Source: Guillardia theta CCMP2712
Taxonomy: Eukaryota > Protista > Cryptophyta
DNA: 64,000 nucleotides
Direction of reading: 5' to 3'
NCBI RefSeq assembly: GCF_000315625.1
Contig: NW_005434670.1
Coordinates: forward strand, 1,132,258-1,196,257
Shown here: piece after piece, positions 1 to 10,500 of the stretch
How the letters are laid out: each line of letters opens with the position of its first letter
Numbering within the stretch: the first letter of the stretch is position 1
Notes under the pieces: generated by a model
What the model was told of the DNA's origin: nothing
The model's input: the letters and a program-made list of their open reading frames with translations, nothing else
The model's database searches: none
Program-made: the position numbers and the translations under genes

Positions 1-1205
1 GAGGTGTCGCACTGGCTAAGGAAAGAGGGAATCGAACCCTGGAACGAACAGGAATACTTCTTGCACCTGAAAGAGCATGAGATCGATGGTTACATGCTGT
101 TGTCGCTGAAAGAAGAAGATATGCTACATGTCCTTGATCCTAGAATGAAGCAGGAAAGACCAGGTAGACTCTTCACGACTGACTTTACTCCTGTGATGTT
201 TCTTCGCTCATCCCGAGCAGATGAGTTCGATCGGAATCTCTTACGGCTCAAGACTAGTCTCGGGGAGTTGAAGGAGGCGATTGCATATAACCCGATCAGT
301 TTCTGGGAGTATCGCATCGCTCACAGGAGAAACTCTGCCTTCTTTTTGGTGACTGCCGTGCCTCTCAGATTGTTCCTACAGGTGGACTGTACGATCTGAC
401 GACGTGGAAACAGATCGGCCTGTGCATAGGTCCTCGAGTAACGCTGTTGTACCTGATGTTCTTTGAGAAGCGCGTTTTCCTTCTTCTGTTGGGCAATCAG
501 GGGTGAGCCTGTTGATTTTCAGTCTCTTGTTAGAATTGATTTCATGCGTCCAGTCTTTCTGTTCTCTCTCTGCTCCTGATCCTTATCTTCCCGAATCTTG
601 CCATTGGTCTACATCTCAGGTTAGTTTGATTGCTTAGAATTCTACCAAACATGATCAAGTTCTCAGTCAAGTCTGGAGGCATTTTCCTTTCGTCATCGTG
701 CTTCTCAGCGTCTCTCACTTGCTCGTCTTCCTTGGAAACTTGTATAACGATGCCTCCATGGGATTCTCAAGTGTGTCATGACAACTTTTCAGAGGTCTGT
801 TAATAATTGGGCGCAGGCAATGTAGTCAAAGAAGCTTTGAAAGCTGATCTACTTCGCTGTGGCATTCTTCTCGCTCTCTACGTAACTCTCATGAACTCTG
901 TGTGGTGGCTCATCGATCTGTATGTGTGCATTGCTATCATCTACCAGGAAAGATGGTTTGCTTGCTTCTGCTAGGGTTGACTGTCTGTCCATCAGGTCAT
1001 ACAGGGTATAATTATGGCGCAATTTCTCCGACGAACAGTAGACCTTTCACAGTTTTATCATGAGCTCAGGGTGTTGGTAATAGCTTTCTCATTCAAGTGT
1101 TCGCCCCTGACTCTGTTTATAGAAGGGTATTCTCCTGTCAGCCAACACCAGGCTGTCACGAAAGATTCTGTCGAAGAAGAAGTGAAGGGTCATCTGACAT
1201 GTTAA
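1..1205 (+). CDS. BFAR-like SAM-domain membrane protein, 3' part (5' end outside window), multi-exon
   Basis: SAM-like segment VSHWLRKEGIEPW..EYFLHLKEHEIDGYMLLSLKEED is followed by NPISFWEYRIAHRRNSAFFL and, after a short intron, GPRVTLLYLMFF. This order resembles my recollection of bifunctional apoptosis regulator (PQNLWEYK..RSLFLL..SPRLSLLYLYLF). Downstream exons are hydrophobic (TM). Stop is at about 1184 or 1205 depending on the last splice. Confidence 0.6.
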
Positions 1206-1230
1206 TTCTGAATACATGCGTTAAGAACAG

Positions 1231-4200
1231 CTAGCTAGAAGGGGCTTCATCGGGCTTCCAAGGCGTCCCGTCAGACGTTTGCAGGTCCGACAAGTCCAGC
1301 TGGACTGAGACGAATTCCTCGTCCTTGGCCAGCCTCTTGAGTGCCTGTTCCTGGTACGCAGGGCTCGTAGCAGCAAGCACGAGGTTGGATGCAATGTGTT
1401 GCGAGTCGACTTTGAGGGACCAGGAGCCTGGAAACATCTCCTCCATGCCTTCACGGATGTCGTCCTCCATCACCTGCCCTCGGTCACTCTCGCTCGCGCA
1501 CTCCACCCTCAACCTGACACAGCGTCCAAAAGAAGTTGGCTCCCAGCGCGTGATCGCGGGCGATCATGTCTTGCACAGCAAGCGGCGGAAGCTCCAGGAT
1601 CACAGCTTTCTCTGTGGCTGTGGCGACGAATCGACCGGAAACCTGAAAGTCGTCAGGTCGAAAGCTCGAACGCGCGACTGACCGTCTGCTCCACGAATTC
1701 AGTCGAGCCAAAACACCAGCCATCAAGGATTCTCCTGAAGACGCTCCCATCCCTTGTGAGCTTGATGCTCCCAGTCCGGACGACAAAGAGAGAGTCTGTT
1801 GTGGACCCTTCCTTCAAGACCTGCCCTTTCCTTAGCTGGTGGACTCTTGCACACTTCTCGAAGATTCTTGTCATGTGCGGCCTATCGAAAGGCCTTTCCC
1901 TCTGCCTCTCCCGCAGTTCTTTTCCTCTCTTGCAAAGATTCAGGAGGAGGGAGTAGATTTGCTGCAGGCGATGCTCGCCATGGAAAGTCAAGTCCATCTC
2001 TCGAAGGTTAGCGAGCTGCACACCGAGCTGTCACTGACGGCAATCACAGATCAGGACTGACCAGCTCTAACCCTTGGATTCTTTCTCCTTGAATTTGCAA
2101 CGTTACCGTGTTGTGCACGCCTTCGGTCTTGTAGAAAACGCTGCCACCACTCGCTCACCTCTACATTCACAGAATGATAGGTTACCTCAAGAGTTGGTCG
2201 ATTCTTATGTGCTCAGCGGCAGTTGAAACATACGGCCCGAAGATCTCGGTGTCTAAGATGATGCTGTTAGACATGAGGATGATTCTCAACTTGATCTTGT
2301 TGATCTTTCCCGAAGTATCTTTCTGTATGCACATACACTTGGAAGCAAGCAGAATCTTCTCATTGACGGGTATGCCGAAGTTTGAGATCAGGTGCGTTCT
2401 CAACTTCTCTAGTTCGTCATCCAAGTACATCACAGACTGCCTGTCATTGAAAGCTTTCAATCCAGCGTGTCGAATCATGTCAATCCTGGTCCTGGATAGC
2501 TGATGGGCAAGCTTCAGCGCCAGGCCCTGGTAGAACTTGAAGAGGTCTTCGTTGGGCAGCCCTCGGATCGCTATCTCTGACATTGAGATGTGTTGTCCGG
2601 ACGAATCGAAACTGGCGTGCGGCCCCGTGACGCCTCTGTCGTCACTAACTGGCAGGTAGCACTTGGAAACGCGGGGGGAGAGAGGTTGAGCAGGGTCCTC
2701 AAGAAACCTCCCCATCCTTGGTTGCACTTCCACGTTTTCCTTCTCCAAGATGAGGACCTCTACGTCACAACGTGCTCGAAACTCCATGGACCCCAGGCCT
2801 CGTAGAAACTGAGAAGAGCCGAGGATGCTGTTGATTCCCAGCATGGTGAGACATGGCTTGCGGATTGAGTTTTGTGAAGAGACTTCCTTGTCAGGTACAT
2901 TGGAGCCGAGCGGATGATTTGCATGCGATGGGTCATGAATTTCTTGAATGATCCCTTGCACTGAACCTTGAGTGATCTGAACAAGCAATGTTATCTGGCT
3001 CATCAAAGTCAATGATTGGCTTACCAACAACAATTTACGTTGAACGTCTTGTTCAGACAGCACTGTTTCCCCTGCCTTGTACTGAGCTTTCGTACCGTTG
3101 AGGAATGACTTGTAGAACGAGGTTTCAATTCCTGTCAGCTCATGATTCTCTAAGTTTGGCTCGAGATGCAGCTCAATCTGTTCAACACCATCAGTTAGAA
3201 GAAGGAGAATGATTGTTGGAAGAGCTTACCCGAAAATCATTCTCAACTTGCTTCATTTTCTGCATCAGATCGATCTTTGATTTTCGAAAGACGAGCTTTG
3301 TGGTTTCTGGATAAAACGCAGTGTTGAAAACCTGCGAACAATCAGGACCGAGCAAGGGAGTGTAAAACGAGAGGTCACCAGGAAGAAAGCATGCTTCCTG
3401 TTGAGCTCAGAGGTACTTGAGTTCTGCTTGTGGAAGTAGAAGTCGATCCGCGTGTCTCCCCAGATGATCACGTTGGCAGGTATCGTGACCAGGGCTCCGA
3501 GATCGTTGCCAATCACATGCGCATCTTTACTTGACCTCCCCGAGTCGTAGACCACGTATCTCATGCACCTGACGGAGAACGAGAGGTACCAGGGCCGCTT
3601 CATGTGGCTCTTCATGACCGGGATCTTCAGATGCGTCAGCATCACCTCTCGCAGACTCAGCGGGTCTATCCCGCTATAGAGCATCGCCTCTACGTAGTGT
3701 ACATATCTAATCTGGCTGGGCCCCTCGGGCCCCTGGTTTCCCACCTTCCCCCTGAACAGGCTCATAAACTTCGGAGCGCTGTCTTCGTCTTGCTCCTCCG
3801 CATCTCCAAAGCCTGAATCAGGGTCATACTTCTCTGTGCGTCGGAAGGTGAATAGCTCCATGGCGTCTATGGCGCATCTCCTGTGACCCGTCCAGAGAAG
3901 AAGAGCTGCGATCATCGTGCCTGTCCGCCCTTTGCCGCCTTTGCAGTGGACCACTATCGTGTTGTTATGGTGGGCCTTCAGCCAGTTCGAGGCTTCTTCG
4001 CAGAATTGGATCAACTCTGACATAAGGGGAGGAGCATGATCTTCGAAGGGAATCCGCTGAACCTGATTGAAGAGCATTTGCGGGTGATAGTTCCCCATGA
4101 CTCCGTCGGAGCTGATGTACGTATCGCAAAGGTTGAACACGAAGAAAGAACCATAGTGATGAAGAGAGAGAAATCTGCAGGTGAGGAGTGACTTCAGAGA

Positions 4201-6412
4201 CAGTGACAGAGGAGGTTCAACGGGAGGACCTCGAGACGATGTGGATATCATTGCGGTATGCCGTGTGTCCACCGAAACAAGGAGCTGACATAGCAATCTA
4301 AATCGTGAAAGTCAGACCCTCACAAAACTTGGAAGACGTGAACCAACAATTCTGTTCGTGATGTAAGTGAGATCTAAATCAAACCCGTGCTTCGTGTATC
4401 TTCTTCGGTTCTGCGAGACTGCGCTGCGAAGGCGTTTGGTTACATTTCCACTCAGTTTTCGAGCCTTCCTCAGATTAATCAGCACGCGTGCAACTCGCAG
4501 CCCAACAGCTATTCGAGAAATGACTCTCAGAGTGGTTGTGGCTTGTCGGGTACGATCGATGTTTCCACTTTTCTGGTTCAAAATGCCCGTCCGAGTATCT
4601 AGCAGGAGACAAGTCAAGTTCTGATAGACAGAAACAACATTTTTCACCGAATATGATGTACTTGAGTGCTGCCATCACCACTGAACCAAATATGACGATG
4701 AAATCGAATCTGAAGGATCAAATGTCAGCTACAAACTTTGTTGATCTCACAAATGTCTACATGTTCCATATACTCCAGAAGAATTGATGTCTTTTAGCAA
4801 TCATTCTGAGTGATAGCTCGATGACGAAGCAAGAAAGAACAAAGACTGTCAATGCCACTTGAGCGATTGGATCAGGCTCACCATCAGGCACAGGATAAAC
4901 GATTTGAAAGAAAATCAAGCTCATGGAATCAAGTACGACAAGTGACATCACAAAAATGTTGACAGTCAGTGACTCCATCCACTCAGCAAGCTTTTCTCGC
5001 CAATAGGTGTCAGACTCGAGGGTAGAAATCTCCTGGTCAAATCCTTCAAGGAAAGAAACCTCTTCTTCGATTGGATTCATCGGGGATCGAGTGAAATTTG
5101 AAGTCTGATTCGCAATTATTGAACTCTTGGCCAAACGAAAACTCTTCCCTAACTTAATGATGCCTTCACTACATTCCAGTGTATCCCTGAGCGTCGGCGG
5201 TTTCCATATTTGAAGCATCTCATACTTTTTGCGAGCACGAAATTTCAAGGTTAAGGTTGTATACATGCCATCGAACCCAGAAACATCTACTCCATACATG
5301 TCTTGGATTCTTGTTGTTATTGTCGTACCTTCATCTTTCAGAGCCCCATTAAGTACATCACGTAATGGAATGATGCAGCCGCCGATGAACTGCGACCCCG
5401 CGATCAAATTCCAGTCAAAACACTGCAGGGTAAAGGCTGGACCAATCGTCTCAGTCCCTATAGCCATCAATGCACCAGTGGCCTGAATAGAGTGGACGAA
5501 AAAGGTGAAAGTTTCATTCCAGCTGCAGTCGTACGTGTTGTTCTTGACGAGAGTCTTGTATTTAACGTCGTTGAAAGTTATTGCGCATAAGGGATCACAT
5601 TTCTCGTGTGGGAGCGAATCCATTTTGGGAAAGTGGTTCCCCTCAGCAATCGTGACATCCACATTGAGGTGAAGGGCCGGAGGCCTTGCACGCTCGTCTG
5701 GCGGCATACCATCCTCAGTCACGTCACGCATTTCGATGGCAGTCTTGACGAAATGTGGATACAACTTCTCCTCATTGTACGATGGACGACGTGAACATAG
5801 ATTCGAGATTGGTGATGAGATGCCATGCTCTGAATCCGTGTGTCCATTGCTCTTAGTCTCGTGTAATTCCATCTGATCGCCCTGAATGATCATGAAAACT
5901 CTGTACCACAAGTCAACAGTTGACTGCCTGTCAAAATGCAAAACTACGGAAATTTGCGAGACTGCATCTCTGATTTCAAGCACTAGGCCTCCCTGACTTA
6001 AGGATGCCTTGGCTACATTTAGTTCCAAGTAGGTTTTCGTCTCGTGCCTCGTACAATGATCATTGGAGGTTTCTAGATCTCGGATGATCATCAGCTCTTC
6101 GGAAGACATGACTGTGACAGAGTAGTGCGAGTCTTTGCGACTCTGGTCTGGAAACGAACAAAAGATTACATCAGACAAGTTCATGCCGGTCTGTTGAGTT
6201 GGAGTGACGCAAATGTGATGACGGTCGTCAACAGCATGTTTCAATCTTGTATTTGTTAAGATGGTCTCTGGCTCACTCTTGGAAACACCAGAGTCATTAT
6301 CGACGGCACGATTACCTGGTACAAATCCTTTCCTTAGTCGGACTTTCGGGGAAAAGTGAATGAAGTAACTTTGGGCATGTTCTAACGTCTCTTCTTTTCG
6401 TAAGGAAACCAT
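1231..6412 (-). CDS. Voltage-sensing phosphoinositide phosphatase (VSP/TPTE family) with extra N-terminal PH-like and C2 domains and C-terminal CNB-like, GRAM-like, CNB-like domains; about 12 exons
   Basis: ORFs 4757-6412, 4312-4647, 3265-4296, 2182-3063, 1653-2021, 1484-1786 and 1231-1512 join in frame via ~50-nt GT-AG introns (e.g. 4298-4347). S1 VMSLVVLDS, S2 SCFVIELSLR, S3 WNIFDFIV, S4 LRVISRIAVGLRVARVLINLRK, linker [35 protein letters not shown] loop, active site HCKGGKGRTG, PTEN-type C2 (FFLVFNTAF..FRKSKID). Confidence 0.88.
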
Positions 6413-6419
6413 CGAGTCG

Positions 6420-6493
6420 TTGTCTCTGTTTGTTCAGCACAAGCTTGTCTCTGTTTGTTCAGCACAAGGTTGTCTCCTGTTGTTCAGCACAAG
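6420..6493. repeat. 3 x ~25-bp tandem repeat (TTGTCTCTGTTTGTTCAGCACAAG) immediately 5' of the VSP start codon
   Basis: Three adjacent copies are directly visible; the third has a small internal change. Confidence 0.9.
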
Positions 6494-6589
6494 TCGACTA
6501 CATGACGGTGTAGTCCCCATTTTTTACAAGATTAAAATCGGGGGATGCGACAATGACCATGCTTTTCATCCGGATTCACCATGTGGAGA

Positions 6590-6750
6590 CTCACCCGGAA
6601 CTCGGAAGCCGGGCGGCCTGGTACCGGGCCAGTGGAGAGAGAACCGCCGGGCGGCCGGTCTCAGTGATCAGGGCCCGGGCCGTGACCGTCCGACACCGTC
6701 AGTGGCACGGTGCTGAGTGACGGTGGGTCCGGCCCGGCGGCCCGGCTGAG
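6590..6750. other. GC-rich, palindrome-rich intergenic patch between divergent genes
   Basis: Dense CCGG/CCCGGG/GGCC words and no credible ORF. Similar patches occur at about 35490-35630, 38750-39200, 40860-41090, 50980-51010 and 63140-64000. Confidence 0.6.
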
Positions 6751-7256
6751 ATTATGAGAGATTGATTTAAATTTTCTAAGAAGTATGCAAAGGAGATCTC
6801 ATCAAGCTCTGAACTTCCGAAGATGTGAAGTTTCAAGTTTGATTTGAAGTAAAGATAGCTTGTTGAGATTGTAGACATGAAATTCTACCTGTTCTGCTGT
6901 GATCTTTTTGAAGTCTTCCTCTGTAACATCCGCAAGATTGATTCGATGACCAAGTCCTTTGGTACAACTTTTTTAACTTTCTGAATGAATGTGTCCAAGT
7001 CGACGAATTTTTCAATCTGTTTCAAGTGTCCGAGCAAAGTAACTGGTTGTGTTTTGAATTCATCCTCATCCCATTAGTTGTTTGACTTCAAACTTGACGA
7101 TTTTCTGTTTGTATGTTTCACGATTTTCGTAAACACTCCGATTGCAAGGCTTGTAGAGTTGAAAGTTCTTGAGCCTTGAAAACCAAACGGCCCTCCGGCG
7201 ACCATGAAGTCAATATCTGTGGAGTTCACTGGAATGAAAGTTTGCAATAATACCTT

Positions 7257-7289
7257 TCAAAGTTAAGCTAAAAATCAGTACGAGGACAA
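7257..7289 (+). repeat. Dispersed intergenic motif TCAAAGTTAAG(C/T)TAAAAATCAGTACGAGGACAA, copy 1
   Basis: 32 of 33 nt identical to 40826-40858. Confidence 0.85.
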
Positions 7290-7554
7290 TCAATGAGGTC
7301 CGAACTACTTCCGTGACTCAAAGTTTAATTAAAAAAATTATAGAAGCTTTCACTCTAATAAAAAAAGGTCATGCTTCCGTTGCGCTATCCCGAATGAATT
7401 GCAGGATTTTGAGGCGGATCCTCTTCGCGCGCTCGTTCGCCGCAATGCAGTACTAGTATGCCGGAAAGCACAACTAGACGCCAATCGTATGAACACTTCA
7501 AGTTTGCAGTATGAAGACCTGAGTGACTCTTGTGCTTATTAAGGAGCAGATATC

Positions 7555-10500
7555 ATGTCCAGATCAATCCTTCTATTATTTCTCATTCAGCTTTGTACTC
7601 ATAGTTGCTTCGGCGCCCAATTCTTGTTGAAACAAATCTATCAATCCAACCCTTTGGCTGGAGCCTCAAATGATCTCACGATTCTTTTCTCAGTTGATGA
7701 AAACATGTATTCGCAGAACAGTTCAGTGATCACGATCTCAGGACTTAGCGGCGCGGCTGCATCAAATCCAGTTACTCTCAGTGGCAACGGGTCTTCATTG
7801 TTCACTCCAACTTGGAATAGTTTGAACGAATCATTAGAGCTGAGCCTAATTGGAGAAACATTGGCATCAGACGTTACTTATGCGATCTCGTTTTCGGTCA
7901 GGAATCCACAATATTCGCAAGTTTCCCCCAATATTTTCATTCAAGCCGCTGGTACATATGACATCAGTGCTGTAAATATGGATTTCCTTTCAACAGATGC
8001 CTTTGGAGTCTCGTCTGGAAGTTCAGCTTTGTACATTATTGAAGCAAATTTTGATTTAAAGACAATATGGCAAGGGACTCCTGTACCTTCAAGATTGAAT
8101 GCAATCACGGTTTCATTGAAGCTGAATTGCTACCTTCCGCAGAGCTCCAAATTAACCATTCAAGGCTTGATCGCCACACAAACAACAGATGACTCTGCAT
8201 TAAGCATTCAGTCGATTGCTGATGCTTTTGGAACGAGTGCTGTATGGACCAATTCTGATGGGACTTTGATTTTGACTCGCGCAAACAATGATGTTCATTC
8301 TGGATATTATTTGACTTTCAACCTTACAAACCCTTCTTCCGAACAAAATTCTCCTTCTGTATCCGTGTCTGCAACTATAGAATGCGGTGTTTATGATGCA
8401 ATCATTTCCTCTCAGAACATGAATTTTCTCAATACGCAGCTGTTTGGTGTATCTAACGGGTCAAATCCATTGAAGGTTGTATCCCCATCATTTTCGCTAA
8501 AGACAATACAACAAAACACCCCTATGGCAGGAGCTTCGAATACGATAACAGTCTCAATTTCATTGAACTATGATATTTATTTGAATACGGCAGTGACGAT
8601 TTCTGGTTTGGTCAATTCTAGGACTGAAAGCAACTCTCTTTCTGCAGCCTCAAATTATTTACTTTTGACAGCAGAAACGTCTTGGACTCAAGCAAGTGGA
8701 GAGTTGAGTGTTTACATCGATGATACAATTCTAGCTGGAAGCGTTCTTTCTCTGTACTTTACATTACTGAATCCAGAAATAGAACAAAGCTCTCCCAGTA
8801 TATTTTTGTCAATGACGATCTATGACGATGCGGTTGAAATTGCAACCATTTCGCCAACCTCCATGGATAAGCCAGGAGGTATTTACCTGGGCATCGAAAA
8901 TGGAACAGATCCTTTAAATATCAAGTTTGATAATCTGTATATGAGTTCAGCGAACATTGTACCCGGTACATCAAGTCTTATCACTGTTTATGGATCGCAA
9001 ACTGGATTTGACAGTATCACTCCTTCAACGAGGTTGCACCAAACAACATGCGAAATGACTTCATGGCAGTCAGATACACTGATTATATGTCGAGCACCTG
9101 ACGGGACTGGAAGGTCAAATCCAATCATTCTATCAATTGGTAACAATGCATTACCCGCAACAATATCCAACGTTTTAACATTTGACTCCCCTGAAACCAT
9201 AGCCCAATCACCAGCCACACTCTTGCAACAAAAAGAGACAACATCAAATGGACCTTGTACTGGGTCAAAACAAATGATAATAATAACCGAAACCCTACCA
9301 AACAAAGATTACAGCCCAAAATTAACATGGACACCAACAGCTGCTGAATCAACAAAGTGGATATCAAAAACTGCAATCCTCGCACAAACTACTTGGGCGA
9401 TAGGTCATGGGGCAACAATGGGAGCAGTGGTGACGGTAGGGGAGCGGGGGGGCACGGGGACAGAGGGGTGGACGTACGGGGGCGGGGAGACGTCCGGGGT
9501 AGGAGAGGGAGGGAACGGGGCAGCGACGGGGAGCGCGAGCGTGACGGTAGCAGGGGCAGGGCTGGGGAGCCGGGACGGGAGCGGGGCAGGGCGGGTAGGG
9601 AGCACGGGGTGCGAGGCGAGCGAGTGGAGGTCAGATACATCTGTTTCTGTAATCGCAAGCGCTTCAATATCATCTCTGGACGATTCTCGTATTTTGATTT
9701 CAATTGTACACAGACCGGGTTCTTTGACAGAAGGGTGGACGTACGGGGGCGGGGAGACGTCCGGGGTAGGAGAGGGAGGGAACGGGGCAGCGACGGGGAG
9801 CGCGAGCGTGACGGTAGCAGGGGCAGGGCTGGGGAGCCGGGACGGGAGCGGGGCAGGGCGGGTAGGGAGCACGGGGTGCGAGGCGAGCGAGTGGAGGTCA
9901 GAGACGGCGATAGCGGGTCGGGCGGCAGGGGCCGGGGAGGGGCGGGGGACGGCGGGGGCGGCGGTGACGGTAGGGGAGCGGGGGGGGCACGGGGGACAGA
10001 GGGGTGGACGTACGGGGGCGGGGAGACGTCCGGGGTAGGAGAGGGAGGGAACGGGGCAGCGACGGGGAGCGCGAGCGTGACGGTAGCAGGGGCAGGGCTG
10101 GGGAGCCGGGACGGGAGCGGGGCAGGACGTTTTTTGTTTTCTTCTTCTGAACACAGCGTGTGGTTTTCGGATACCTCGGTTTCTTGTTTTGTTTGCAGTT
10201 CAACGTTTCGTTCTGTTTCTGTTTTATTCTCTATGAATTTGTTTCATGGCACTGTTTCTTCTGTTGTTTCGTTCAATGCAGGAATTTTATCCGGGCTCAA
10301 GGTATGGAATTCAGGTTCGACTGGTAGTCAAAGCTTCACAGTGGTTGGAGCATTTTTTGGGCACATTTTGACAAGTTCTCGAACCCGGGCGGGTCAGACT
10401 GATTGTGAAAATTCATTTTGGGAATCAGATACTAGCTTGCGATGTTTGCTTTCTGGTAACCTTCATGGATCTGCAATGATTTTGATCTCAACTCGTTCTT

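Noticed and set aside
945-996. Possible non-canonical GA-AG intron in the BFAR-like gene
   Set aside because: It would give a smooth reading frame, but alternative splicing solutions or a base error cannot be excluded without transcripts.
6420-6493. CRISPR-like short direct repeats
   Set aside because: The copies are head-to-tail with no unique spacers, there are no cas genes, and the context is eukaryotic.
9357-9990. Arg/Gly-rich N-terminus of the 4223-aa ORF and Pro-rich antisense ORFs at 9389-10203
   Set aside because: These are off-frame or antisense readings of the G-rich repeat; the true frame here is that of ORF 7555-10038 until the frameshift.
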